Shown: positions 1 to 10,339, counted from the stretch's first letter. The stretch is 64,000 nucleotides of DNA from a bacterium (GCA_963676395.1 OY781066.1:64001-128000); one strand, 5' to 3'. Notes: generated by a model from the sequence alone, not told the origin. Numbers and translations are program-made.

Positions 1-2
1 AA

Positions 3-620
3 TGATAAAACCAGAATATTTATCAAAGCCCATGTTTCTTTAGGATCCCATGACCAGAAATTCCCCCAACTTAATTGCCCCCATATTGCTCCCGTAAACA
101 TCCCAATAGCAAGAAAGACAAACGTCAAGGATACATCTATATCCATTTGCCTATCATAATTATAAATGCTTTTCTTGCTGAAAATATGGATCATTGCCAT
201 CGAAGAGGCGGAAAATAACGAAACATAAGCAAATAAATATGATGGAACATGAATATACATCCAAAATGAGTTCAAGGCAGGCATAACCGGGCTAATAGCC
301 CGACTCTCAGGACTAAGCAGAGCTAACACTACGATCATAAGAAACACAATAGCTCTTTGAATATTTGCTATCAACTCACTCTTAACACGCTGAAAAATCA
401 AGAACTTCACTTGGAGTAAAAATGATAAAAGTAATAAGGTCTCATACATATTGGTGAACGGTGGATGATTTGCGTTCACAGAGCGGATGATCAATACTGC
501 CAAATGGATCAAAGATCCAAATATCTGCAATGCTGAGGCTCCCACCCTTTTACCGAATAAAGATAAAAGATTGCTCACAGCATAAATAATCAACAGGATC
601 AATAAAAGTATATATTCCAT
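3..620 (-). CDS. ccsA: Cytochrome c biogenesis protein CcsA/ResC (System II), runs off window start
   Basis: Not in ORF track. Manual translation from ATG at 620 (TAATG overlap with upstream stop) gives ...HPPFTNMYETL...MPALNSFWMYIHVP...GAIWGQLSWGNFWSWDPKETWAL, the WWD heme-handling motif. Confidence 0.93.
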   Translation of the reverse strand, partial: MEYILLLILLIIYAVSNLLSLFGKRVGASALQIFGSLIHLAVLIIRSVNANHPPFTNMYETLLLLSFLLQVKFLIFQRVKSELIANIQRAIVFLMIVVLALLSPESRAISPVMPALNSFWMYIHVPSYLFAYVSLFSASSMAMIHIFSKKSIYNYDRQMDIDVSLTFVFLAIGMFTGAIWGQLSWGNFWSWDPKETWALINILVLS

Positions 621-1390
621 TAAAGCACCTTAAATCTGATAAATATTAGCATCATAATGCTAAAAATACCTAGAACAAACATAAATCCATGTCCTTTTAC
701 TTCCACATACTCAATGACACTTGCTTCCCTAAATTCTGAGGGCAAAATAAATATCTTCTGAGAAGTGTCTGCGATAGAGATTAAATGCAAATCCCGGTCA
801 ATAGATACGGCAATTTTCCCAAACAACTCATCGTATTCAAGAAACTTTATAATTTGTCCGCCTAACTGCTTAGATTGTCCGTTAAAAAGTTTAACAGTAT
901 CATTTTGGGTGCAGAATACAAAAGATTGTACTGTTTTATATCCACTCTGATAAAATCGACTTCTTTTATATGAAATCGGATGATTAACCGACAATTTTGT
1001 TTCTTTACCATTTATAATCACATTCGAAACATAATCCATTGAGACATTTTCATTATCAGCATCAATTATTGTAAAATCTTCGAGTGTAAATGTAATGCTA
1101 TCACCATCAGCAATTAGTTCATAACTTTCACCTTCTGCAAAGACATAGCTTTCCCTAACATTGGATATCTTGATCATCACAAAAGAAATAACCAATATCG
1201 CCAGCAATAGATGTAATATTTTGATAAAAATATCCGGAATAATAAATATTGAAAGAATAAGGAACAATGCAAATAAGAGATAAATACCCATAAATAATTT
1301 TGAGCTTAACCATTCCGGATGAACAATACTTGCTAAGGCAAGTGCAAGCACCAGCAATATTACCATGGTCTTATTGACTTTTTGCATCAT
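620..1390 (-). CDS. Short ResB/CcsB-like cytochrome c biogenesis protein
   Basis: N-terminal TM helices with His (ILHLL), DYVSNV and SVNHPISY...FYQSGY ResB-like motifs, C-terminal TM; coupled to ccsA. Confidence 0.8.
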   Translation of the reverse strand: MMQKVNKTMVILLVLALALASIVHPEWLSSKLFMGIYLLFALFLILSIFIIPDIFIKILHLLLAILVISFVMIKISNVRESYVFAEGESYELIADGDSITFTLEDFTIIDADNENVSMDYVSNVIINGKETKLSVNHPISYKRSRFYQSGYKTVQSFVFCTQNDTVKLFNGQSKQLGGQIIKFLEYDELFGKIAVSIDRDLHLISIADTSQKIFILPSEFREASVIEYVEVKGHGFMFVLGIFSIMMLIFIRFKVL

Positions 1391-1391
1391 C

Positions 1392-1910
1392 CTACCACTC
1401 CGATGTCAATTCGATCAGGACTTTATCAGCCATCTTATCTATTAACAACTCCAAAGCTTGCTCTCTATTCATCTGATCACCAGCAGATAATGAGCTGTTA
1501 AATGAATCACTATAGTAAATAACATATTCACTGAGGGTTGTGCTCATCATATCTACGTCATTCACAGTATCATACCATCTAAAATCCACACTCATTGTCA
1601 ACTTATACTCTTTTACAACAACGCTTTCATCATAACTATGGACTACATCTTTTAAGCTCTTAATTTTTGTATAAATAATCGAATTGGCTAAACTCGCATC
1701 CATCAAAGGCAATAAGTTTTCCAACTCCATTTTTTTTATTTGTATCTCCGTAAATTCCTGCCCGAGATTAAATTCAGGCGTATTATTCACAGTTTCATTA
1801 ATTGCGATACTCTTTATATGAGGAGGGATCGTTCCCGGCCTCGTGGAGTACATCCAAAAGCATCCATTCAAAAGAATAAATAAGCTTATAAATATGATAT
1901 TTTTTTTCAT
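1392..1910 (-). CDS. LptE-like LPS-assembly lipoprotein
   Basis: Probable start MKKNIIF (ATGA overlap with xth stop), lipobox LLNGC, IPPHIKSIAI...NNT motif, C-terminal W, as in FCB-group LptE-like proteins. Confidence 0.7.
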   Translation of the reverse strand: MKKNIIFISLFILLNGCFWMYSTRPGTIPPHIKSIAINETVNNTPEFNLGQEFTEIQIKKMELENLLPLMDASLANSIIYTKIKSLKDVVHSYDESVVVKEYKLTMSVDFRWYDTVNDVDMMSTTLSEYVIYYSDSFNSSLSAGDQMNREQALELLIDKMADKVLIELTSEW

Positions 1911-2680
1911 TTGATATCCAATTCTATCCCAACGGGACAATGGTCAGAGCCAAAAACCCGATCTAAAATAAATGCATCTTTTACTTTATCTTTCAACTCA
2001 GGACTAACATAAAAATAATCGATCCTCCACCCAACATTATTTGCACGGGCATTTGCACGATACGACCACCATGAGTATCTATCTACCTCATCAGGATGGA
2101 TCAATCGAAATGTATCAATATAGCCGGTTTCTTCGAATCTATCCATCCATGCACGCTCAATGGGTAAAAATCCTGAAGTTTTTTCATTTTGCTTGGGGCG
2201 AGCCAGATCTATGGAATGATGTGCCGTATTATAATCGCCGCATATTACAAGCCCCTTCCCTTTTTCTTTTCTGATTTTTTCAAAATATTCTAAACAAAAA
2301 TCATAAAAATCCAATTTATACTTTAAGCGAATCTCATCTTTTTGTCCATTGGGGAAATAGATATTAAATAAAATAAACTCTTCAAATTCCAACATAATAA
2401 CACGACCTTCATTGTCATTCCAGCCATAGCTAAATCCGTGCTCGACGCTCAGTGGAGAAACTTTTGAATACACACCAACGCCACTATATCCTTTTCGCTC
2501 TGCAGAATAGAAATAACTCTCGAACCCCGGTATATTTTTATGAGAATCTTCAAGTTGATCTAACTGTATTTTTGTTTCCTGTATACCGATGATATCGCAT
2601 GACATATCGGTTACAATATCTGTAAAACCTTTCTTTATTACAGCCCTTAAACCGTTTACATTCCATGATATTAATTTCAT
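1907..2680 (-). CDS. xth: Exodeoxyribonuclease III (AP endonuclease)
   Basis: SWNVNGLRA, QETK, GYSGV, GDYNTAH, GWRIDY and SDHCP motifs; GGAGG RBS before MKLISW. Confidence 0.97.
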   Translation of the reverse strand: MKLISWNVNGLRAVIKKGFTDIVTDMSCDIIGIQETKIQLDQLEDSHKNIPGFESYFYSAERKGYSGVGVYSKVSPLSVEHGFSYGWNDNEGRVIMLEFEEFILFNIYFPNGQKDEIRLKYKLDFYDFCLEYFEKIRKEKGKGLVICGDYNTAHHSIDLARPKQNEKTSGFLPIERAWMDRFEETGYIDTFRLIHPDEVDRYSWWSYRANARANNVGWRIDYFYVSPELKDKVKDAFILDRVFGSDHCPVGIELDIK

Positions 2681-2775
2681 CTTGCCTCCAGACAAGTTTA
2701 TTATTATTGAGTGAAAAAATAAGAATTAATTTAAGGAATAACAAATAGAATACTTTACAGAAAATACCACATATA

Positions 2776-2802
2776 AAGAAAAACCTTCCAACTGGAAGGT
2801 TT
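2776..2802 (-). terminator. Intrinsic terminator after rpmB
   Basis: Inverted repeat AAACCTTCCA/TGGAAGGTTT followed by a T-rich tract on the minus strand. Confidence 0.75.
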
Positions 2803-2824
2803 AAACTTGTATGCGATAAAAAGC

Positions 2825-3013
2825 TTATGCTTTTTCGATCTTACCGGAGCGAATACAGGAGGTGCAAACCTTTACCCGTTTTACGCTTCCGTCGATACGC
2901 GCACGTACACGCTGCAAATTGGGTTCCCAACGACGGCGGGTGCGGTTGTTCGCATGACTTACATTGTTACCGTATTGCGGTTTCTTTCCACATATTTCAC
3001 AAACTTTTGCCAT
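2825..3013 (-). CDS. rpmB: 50S ribosomal protein L28
   Basis: [32 protein letters not shown]...VCTSC. Confidence 0.98.
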   Translation of the reverse strand: MAKVCEICGKKPQYGNNVSHANNRTRRRWEPNLQRVRARIDGSVKRVKVCTSCIRSGKIEKA

Positions 3014-3044
3014 TGTTTCTCCTTCGCATTATCAAAAGCCTGCT

Positions 3045-3073
3045 AATATCTAACATTCTTTGAAAGAAATCAA
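3045..3073 (-). promoter_or_regulatory. Putative sigma70 promoter of rpmB
   Basis: TTGATT-N17-GATATT on the minus strand. Confidence 0.5.
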
Positions 3074-3144
3074 GTTTTTTTTGTTAATAATAAATATAAT
3101 CAAGTCTAATTATTCATTTACAGTAATAAATCCGAGCTTATCGA

Positions 3145-3945
3145 TCAACATGAAAGCCCGTGTCCGGATATTTTCCACGCTCCATTGAGTCGTTCAAATT
3201 CATATCCCAGTAATTCCATAATCTGTCCATTTGGTGCCTGAATTGGCCCCAAGCCCATAGCGTAATCAAAGCTATCAAGAAGTAAGTATCCCTGCGTTGA
3301 AGCATTCTTGGGAAAAATAAAGGCATTATCTCTTAAATCTGATACGATCTCGTGCCTCCAAGAATATTGATAATGATTTTTTTCTTTATTAAAAGCAAAC
3401 TCAATCGTTTTACAATTGTACAATGGAGCTAAAACACCAAACACAAGATCGGAAACTGTTGTTATATCAAGTGGACAGTAAGCAGCACCGGGACGAAAAA
3501 GTCTAAATGCCTTTCCAATAGCTTGAGCGGCAAGTAATACTTTATATTGATCAAATGTATGCTTTGCATTTAAAGTCAGTGCAGTATCGTCTAACTTAAC
3601 ATAAGGCGGCTCAAAATATTTTAGTTTCTCACCTATTTTAACATTCTTGATATCATACTTTGACTCCTTACTAAAATTCAAATCAAAAGTTTTACCCTGA
3701 TATAAGCATGCCAAAAGTATTCGTAGATCCTCTTTTGGATTTAACATTGAGATCGATATCACACCATCAATAAAACATACAGATTCGCAATATTCGGCTA
3801 AAGCTTGATACGTCAAAAATTCATCTGTAAAATTCAAAGCAATTTTTTCAGGAAATTCGCGAGCGTGTTGTAACAATACTGTCGCAAAATTCGGGAAGGG
3901 AACCAATTTTTCCACAGTTGGTATTTTCAAATAATCCTTGATCAT
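3145..3945 (-). CDS. Degenerate AMP-binding (acyl-CoA synthetase-like) protein
   Basis: N-terminus (LLQHAREFPEKIAL...LTYQAL) and DDTAL resemble ANL enzymes, but it is only 266 aa and has no TSGTTG P-loop. Confidence 0.5.
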   Translation of the reverse strand: MIKDYLKIPTVEKLVPFPNFATVLLQHAREFPEKIALNFTDEFLTYQALAEYCESVCFIDGVISISMLNPKEDLRILLACLYQGKTFDLNFSKESKYDIKNVKIGEKLKYFEPPYVKLDDTALTLNAKHTFDQYKVLLAAQAIGKAFRLFRPGAAYCPLDITTVSDLVFGVLAPLYNCKTIEFAFNKEKNHYQYSWRHEIVSDLRDNAFIFPKNASTQGYLLLDSFDYAMGLGPIQAPNGQIMELLGYEFERLNGAWKISGHGLSC

Positions 3946-4112
3946 TATATTATATCTTTCATTTTAAACATATGAATTGAAAAAAAGCTGTTCAGATATC
4001 TTATTTTATCCATAAAGCCAAAATTGTTATTAAATCACCATAAATTTGACAATTCATACAGCCATAATGCTAATTACTGTGCCATACATGATATAAACTC
4101 TATACCATAAGG

Positions 4113-5012
4113 CTAGTCTAGCAACATCTTAAATAACTTAATTCTATTATCTATTTGCTGTCTATCTAATGAAGCCAACTTATCTGTAGAAAACGATTCA
4201 ACCAGAAACGAGGCCATAACCGTAGCGTATACCATAGCTTCCTTATAATCTTCGAAACTCAATGCTTTTTTATTTAAACCGGCAAGATAGCCCATAAATC
4301 CACCCGCAAAAGAATCTCCGGCACCGGTAGGATCAACCAATTGTTCTTCAGGACAAATGGGATACAAAGCATGCTGATCGCCATGAAATAATTCTGCCCC
4401 GTATTTACCTTTTTTTGCAATGACTGTCTTTGGTCCCAAAGCTTGAATATATTTAACACCATCTGCCAGGGACATACCAGTCATCTGTACGATCTCTTCA
4501 TCATTTAAAATAATAATATCAACCTTTGAAATCGCCTCTATGAGTTGGTCTCGACTGATATCAATCCACAAATTCATAGAATCAAGGCCAACCAAGGGTT
4601 TATTATCCATCTGATCAAGTACCTTCAGCTGTAGTTCAGGATGAATATTTCCAAGAAATACAAAGGGTATATTTCTGTAATTTTGTGGTAGTTTGGGATT
4701 AAAATCTTCAAACACATTCAATTCAGTATAGAGAGTTTCCCTATTTTTCATATTTTCTTTATATTGCCCTCCCCAACGAAAGGTTTTTCCTTCAACGATC
4801 TCTAATCCTTGAAGATCAATATTACGCTTTTTAAATTCAATAATAGCGTCTGCGGGAAAATCATCACCCACTATCCCAACAATACTAACAGGTGTAAAAG
4901 GTTCAGCGGCAATTGAAAAAAATGTTGCGGAACCACCAACAGCATCATCTATTCGTCCATTGGGAGTAATAACCGTATCAAGCGCAATTGAACCTACAAT
5001 TAATAGTGACAT
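4113..5012 (-). CDS. PfkB/ribokinase-family carbohydrate kinase
   Basis: VGSIALD, GGSA and DPTGAGDSFAGG signature. Confidence 0.93.
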   Translation of the reverse strand: MSLLIVGSIALDTVITPNGRIDDAVGGSATFFSIAAEPFTPVSIVGIVGDDFPADAIIEFKKRNIDLQGLEIVEGKTFRWGGQYKENMKNRETLYTELNVFEDFNPKLPQNYRNIPFVFLGNIHPELQLKVLDQMDNKPLVGLDSMNLWIDISRDQLIEAISKVDIIILNDEEIVQMTGMSLADGVKYIQALGPKTVIAKKGKYGAELFHGDQHALYPICPEEQLVDPTGAGDSFAGGFMGYLAGLNKKALSFEDYKEAMVYATVMASFLVESFSTDKLASLDRQQIDNRIKLFKMLLD

Positions 5013-5019
5013 GTCTCTC

Positions 5020-7637
5020 CTATTTTATAAAAGTGCATTTATTCATCGCAATACCCGATGGTGTAATAAGTTTATACAAATACATTCCGGATGCAAGGTT
5101 TTTTGGTGACCATTTTACTTTATGATAACCTGCTTGTAATTCCCGCTCAATGGTATGATCTATCTTGCGCCCCTGTAGGTCGTAAAAATTAATTTTAATT
5201 AAACCTTCTTCTGGCAAGGCAAAATACACATTGGTGGATGGATTAAAAGGATTAGGATAATTTTGATATAATTTAAATTCTTCAGGGATGTCACTTTCGT
5301 TGATGGATGAAAGCAATTTTTCCTCGATCAAGGTAAATTTTATCGCATCAGCTCTCAGCACGATTCCACTTCCACCACCATTATCCTGGACTCGTACAGT
5401 AATTGAAGTATTTTTTGGTAAATCGTATTCACCAATTTCTTTCCATTCCGTTGAGGTGGAATTCTGGTCTCTAATAACCGTATCAATTGCTGTACCGTCA
5501 ACAATTATTATATAATTGGCATTTGTATAAGCATTACTGGATGAAGGTATAAGATAATCAAGCTTGTATGTACCACTGTAATTTAACTCAATATTAAAAT
5601 CTGCGTATTTATGGGTATTACCCGCATAGGTATAGCGACTAGTTTCTCCCCAGGCTTTTGCTGAGGATGTACTCCATGACCCACTTTCAAAATAAGCATT
5701 TGAATCTTCATTATCAACAATTTGATAATATGTATAAGAGCTGGCAAAAACAGGAATATATAATAATGAATTTTTAGGATCATTTGTTTTTATTGTTAAA
5801 ACATCGTTATACTCACAAAAGCTTTCTGAAGAATATTTAAGTTCAAGATCCACTGTTTGCATGGAGCCCAACACAAAAGGAGCTTGAATATTTAAACTGA
5901 TCTTTGACCCAAAAATATTACAATGAGTGATATTTACATCTTCTTTCCCATAATTACTAAGTTTAATATTTTGAATAGCTGTATCCCTTACAGATACATC
6001 ACCAAATGCAATCATTTCTCTATTGGCCTTGAAATGTTTATCTGCAATCAATGGACTAATCCTTAATACATCATACCCCATCTTTGTGCCAGGAGAAAGA
6101 TTTTCTAATATAATTGTATTTAAATCACCGCTTTTAAGTTCATGAAAACCGGCAAACTGCCATTTATCTCTTCCAGCCATTACTTCAGTATAATTCAGCG
6201 TATCAGTGTTGACAATAATTCTAGCAGAATTGCTATATGAGCCAGGAGAATGGAAATACAATGCATATTCTCGAGTCTCGCTTATAATTGGTCTGAGAAG
6301 AACCCGTCCGGTATCGTTCAATATTCTCGCATCTAGATTCCATAATTCACATTCTTGTTGATATTGAGACCAATCACCTTCAACTTCTTGGTATTCCGCA
6401 TCCTTATCATCAATATACATATCATCAGGCACATAGGATATTGATCTAATTGTTTGATTTGCGACAGAATCACAAACAGTGACTGAGATTTTTGCTATTT
6501 CATTCTCATTAAGGTCTTTGATCGTTTCCCACTGATTTTCGCCATTTACTATGCAATCCAGCCTCTCATATGTCTCATTAACATACTTGACAGCAACAAA
6601 AGGTTCTGCTTCTTGAAACACCGGACCATCAGTACTTATTCTAAACCGCAAACCTTTGGGTGAAGCAATCTCATTAATATGTAAAGAAGGAGCTATTGTA
6701 TCATGAGGTGCAAGCCATAAACGAAGCGCCTCGTTATCCTTGCAGTACATAAATTCCACATCATACTGTTGAGATAACTCGTGGGATATTCGATCAAGAG
6801 AATCAATACAGTCAAGAAAACCACTCTCAGGTAAATGCGACCATAAACATAACATTTGGTCTTTGCCGTTACCTGCTTCACGAAATACACTCTCTAATCC
6901 TGAGCGTAAAGCATTATCTATCGTATAACAAACAGATCTCACTCGCCATTGCTTCATACTCCCTTCTTCGCGATAATTTTCAGCAGAAGGATGAAAAGGT
7001 ACTGAGCCGTCACTAAGCGTTGACCAGCAATCAGACATATCGAAAGGAATAAATCGTTCCTGATAATCTTGCCAATCTTCATCCATATACATCCAACCAC
7101 TTCTAAAAGAAATAGGGAAAATATTATCTTCTATCAAAAAGGAACAAAGTGTTTTTTCATAATCATCCTGATTGATTACGAATTTTTCGGCCATTTCCCA
7201 GCTAAATATGCCGTCACCCTGAGGGTCGGACCAATTATATGTATGATAATGCAAAGTCAATTTATCATCCCATTTTTCAATGGCTTCATTATGATATTTA
7301 TTCATTAAGTATAGTGTTATATTTCTTCGTGATGGAATATTGCAATTATTGGACATTTCAAAAACATTACCCGCCATCATCCACCAGGTCATTTTAAAGG
7401 GTGTACCATAACTGTCCTTATAGGTATACCGAAATGTTGAGTCCATAACTCCGTATCCATGCCTTGTTGGATCGGTGTATAAACCCGATTTATAATAACG
7501 ATTATCATAAACGGAAGTACTTAAACCTTCCATATGGAAGTATCTGATCCAATAACAAGATAAACCTTAGCTTTCCCCTCTGCGAATACAAAAAATACTG
7601 ATGCAATAACAAGAAACAAAAGTATAGGTTTTTTCAT
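5020..7637 (-). pseudogene. Large secreted protein (unknown N-domain, two golvesin/CBM-like modules, Ig-like domain, C-terminal sorting domain), split by a -1 frameshift near 7530
   Basis: Signal-peptide ORF 7637-7521 (MKKPILLFLVIASVFFVFA-EGKAKVYLVIGSDTSIW) overlaps the 837-aa ORF (EGLSTS...) by one base; C-terminal QNYPNPFNP...GMYLYKL. May be a sequencing indel. Confidence 0.75.
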
Positions 7638-7641
7638 GATA

Positions 7642-8532
7642 TTATCTTTGCTTCATATCGTTGATCAACCATGGTAATATGACTTTATTTGGCGTATTAA
7701 ATTCCTTTTTAACACGCATGAATGCAATGCCGGCATACTTATCCCAACTACCTTTCCAAGCCAACCATTCATCGAATTTTGTTTCAAAAGTTGAGTAAGA
7801 TGTCGTAGAAGCTTCTCTAAAATAAAGTTCACCGTCTTTCCATACCATCATTAACATATGAGCTGAAAATATATTATCCTTTTTGGCAAACAACATAGCG
7901 ATGATATCACCGTCTTGAATATTCTCTTTTACTTTTGACATATGCTCCATGGGGACATAATCAAAGGTCATGATTCTGTCGGCTTTAACATAGCGCATAT
8001 CCTTCATTCCCTTGCCTTTAAAGAAATTTTCGTGGGAAATTGTTCTTGTCATACTTTTAGTATACTCCCCACCCACTTTAGCGGATACATCATCCAATAA
8101 CCATGAATTTTCAGGAAGCCAGTCGGCCATAGTATAATGATTTCTGGTTTTCATTCCGATCAAACCGTCTTTATAGCGAATCTGCTGTAAATTATTAAAA
8201 AAATTATCCCAAGAATCGGATATCGACAGCGCTAAAACATGCTCACAATAAACCATGCAATTTGTTTGTTGAAAATTAACTAAGGGATATGCTTCAAGCA
8301 GTGCATATGGTCCATCACCGGTTGCCGTCCAACTATAAGGAGTTCCAAGAAACATTTCAGAGTATAAATTGATCCTATCAGTGATACTTAGATCCTTATT
8401 TGCGTTTACCTTTAATATAGAATCTATTTCAGTATTTGTCATATTTCCAATTACTGCCGGTGAAGCCATTTCTTTTTCTGAGCAAGAAATCATTAATATT
8501 ATAATCGTTATGAGATATAGTCCTTTTTTCAT
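7642..8532 (-). CDS. DUF1460 N-acetylmuramoyl-L-alanine amidase-like lipoprotein
   Basis: Lipobox MISC; FLGTPY, TNCMVYCEHVLALS, IRYKDG, RNHY and a downstream H match the NlpC/P60-related DUF1460 family. Confidence 0.85.
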   Translation of the reverse strand: MKKGLYLITIIILMISCSEKEMASPAVIGNMTNTEIDSILKVNANKDLSITDRINLYSEMFLGTPYSWTATGDGPYALLEAYPLVNFQQTNCMVYCEHVLALSISDSWDNFFNNLQQIRYKDGLIGMKTRNHYTMADWLPENSWLLDDVSAKVGGEYTKSMTRTISHENFFKGKGMKDMRYVKADRIMTFDYVPMEHMSKVKENIQDGDIIAMLFAKKDNIFSAHMLMMVWKDGELYFREASTTSYSTFETKFDEWLAWKGSWDKYAGIAFMRVKKEFNTPNKVILPWLINDMKQR

Positions 8533-8540
8533 GATGACTC

Positions 8541-8894
8541 CTAGTAGTTAATTTCAACCTCAACTGTATCCAAAACACCTTTAATCGGTACAGATGGTTT
8601 ACGAACAATAACTGTTAAATTATTAATACCAATATATTTTGCTTTGATCGTTGAAGCAATATCTCCCGCTAAAGCTTCTATCAGATGCTTTTTCTTAGTG
8701 GTTACGATCCTTTCGATATCATGGTAGATTGCTTCATAATTGATCGTATCATTTAAATTATCGCTTTGTGCAGCTTTTTTTAAGTCCGCTGAAACGATTA
8801 AATCTACTTCGAAACGAGCACCAAGTATCTTTTCGCTTTCTTCTACACCATGATAACCGTAAAAGACCATGTTTTTTAATTTAATTTTGTCCAT
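8541..8894 (-). CDS. folB: Dihydroneopterin aldolase
   Basis: FYGYHGV..EE, SDNLNDTINY, LIEALA, VRKP; likely start MDKIKL. Confidence 0.95.
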   Translation of the reverse strand: MDKIKLKNMVFYGYHGVEESEKILGARFEVDLIVSADLKKAAQSDNLNDTINYEAIYHDIERIVTTKKKHLIEALAGDIASTIKAKYIGINNLTVIVRKPSVPIKGVLDTVEVEINY

Positions 8895-8936
8895 TTTATT
8901 TCCAATAATATTATTTTGCAAATTTCAACACATTAA

Positions 8937-9003
8937 GAGATATGTACCTGTGGCCCAAAGGCCTCCGTTATTACGAACGACTCACAGTCGCTAGGATTAT
9001 CTC
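8937..9003 (-). ncRNA. Candidate structured RNA in the folB leader (unassigned family)
   Basis: GC-rich island in an AT-rich spacer. Closing helix GAGATA/TATCTC encloses hairpins GCGACT-GTG-AGTCGT, CGT-AATA-ACG and GGCC-TTTG-GGCC. Confidence 0.4.
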
Positions 9004-9024
9004 GTTTTTCTGGCATTCATGCCT

Positions 9025-9864
9025 TTATTGCGTCCATTTCAACTTATTTCTAACGATTGAAAAGAAATCATGCTTCTCGGAGCGAACCAATTTTACACGA
9101 TAATCCGCTTTCTTGATATAAATGGTCGTATTTTTGGTAATTGGGAGATCATGCTGTCCGTCAACCGTGATGGTACAGCCGTCATCAAGTTCTGTAAAGC
9201 ATATCTCAATACTGGAATCACCTGATACCAATGTAGGCCTATTTGATAACATATGAGGGCAGATTGGATTGATCACAATGACATTTATACCGGGACTAAC
9301 TATGGGTCCCCCGCTTGAAAGAGAATATGCAGTAGATCCCGTTGGCGATGCAACGATAAGACCATCAGATCTGAACTTATTCATATGCTTACCATCAACT
9401 TTCACTTCCATATTTATCAATTTCGATGAGCTTGAACGAAAAATCACTACATCATTTAGGGCAAACAAATTTGCTGACTTTCCGACTTCAGCCTCCAAGA
9501 CCATTCGTTCGTCAATTTTATAATTTCCTTTTAATATGGCGGCAAGTTCTTTTTTATATGTTTCACCGGATAGTTCAGCCAAAAACCCTAATCTACCAAA
9601 ACGAATTCCCAAAATTGGGACCTGCTTATCCCCCATTAATCTAGCAGCTCTAAGTATGGTACCATCACCGCCCAACACTACGAGAATCTCAATATTTTTA
9701 ACCATATCAAAAACAGAAACGCCATAAGGATACCCTGCAATCGCCGCAAATTCCGCTTCCACACAATAGTCTATTTTATTTAAGGTCAACCAATCTAAAA
9801 ATTCCTTGAAGAAAGGACTGATTTTATCGGAATAGATCTTATTTGCAATAATACCGACCTTCAT
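9025..9864 (-). CDS. nadK: NAD+ kinase
   Basis: GGDGT, GRLGFL, LND, DGLIVASPTGSTAYSLSSGGP. Confidence 0.97.
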   Translation of the reverse strand: MKVGIIANKIYSDKISPFFKEFLDWLTLNKIDYCVEAEFAAIAGYPYGVSVFDMVKNIEILVVLGGDGTILRAARLMGDKQVPILGIRFGRLGFLAELSGETYKKELAAILKGNYKIDERMVLEAEVGKSANLFALNDVVIFRSSSSKLINMEVKVDGKHMNKFRSDGLIVASPTGSTAYSLSSGGPIVSPGINVIVINPICPHMLSNRPTLVSGDSSIEICFTELDDGCTITVDGQHDLPITKNTTIYIKKADYRVKLVRSEKHDFFSIVRNKLKWTQ

Positions 9865-9865
9865 C

Positions 9866-10339
9866 TTAAACCTCTTTTAATGATTTTTTCAAGAATGCAA
9901 TTGCATCACTGACATTTGTGGCTTGATAAGCACCTTCGATGGGCCATGAACCTATGCTTACTAAAGGTTTCTCATACTGAAGAGCATGACCTATTTCAGA
10001 CAATGTACCGTAACGACCACCTACGGCAACTGCAGCATGGCAGGCACATGCCAGGATTTCATTTCTTGCTAAACCGATACCGGTTGCAATGGGTATTGTA
10101 ACATAATTGTTGGCATCGGAATCATCTATTCCCGGAAGTATAGCAATCACGGTACCTCCCTGCTGATCGCAACCCTTACTAACGGCCTCCATAATACCAC
10201 CTCTTCCACCGCAAAGCAGTAACCAACCCTGTTTGGCGATTTCTTTCCCTAACTCTTCGGCAAGCGCATATTCCTCATCAGAAGCAAGTCTGCCACCAAA
10301 AACCGAAATCAATACAGATTTATGTGATTTTTTATCCAT
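9866..10339 (-). CDS. TIGR00725 LOG/Rossmann-family protein
   Basis: CGGRGGIMEA, ATGIGLARN, GGRYGTLSEI; likely start MDKKSH. Confidence 0.88.
   Translation of the reverse strand: MDKKSHKSVLISVFGGRLASDEEYALAEELGKEIAKQGWLLLCGGRGGIMEAVSKGCDQQGGTVIAILPGIDDSDANNYVTIPIATGIGLARNEILACACHAAVAVGGRYGTLSEIGHALQYEKPLVSIGSWPIEGAYQATNVSDAIAFLKKSLKEV

Noticed and set aside
7521..7540. Programmed ribosomal frameshift or phase variation
   Set aside because: No X-XXY-YYZ slippery site, simple-sequence tract or stimulatory structure; a plain indel is more parsimonious.
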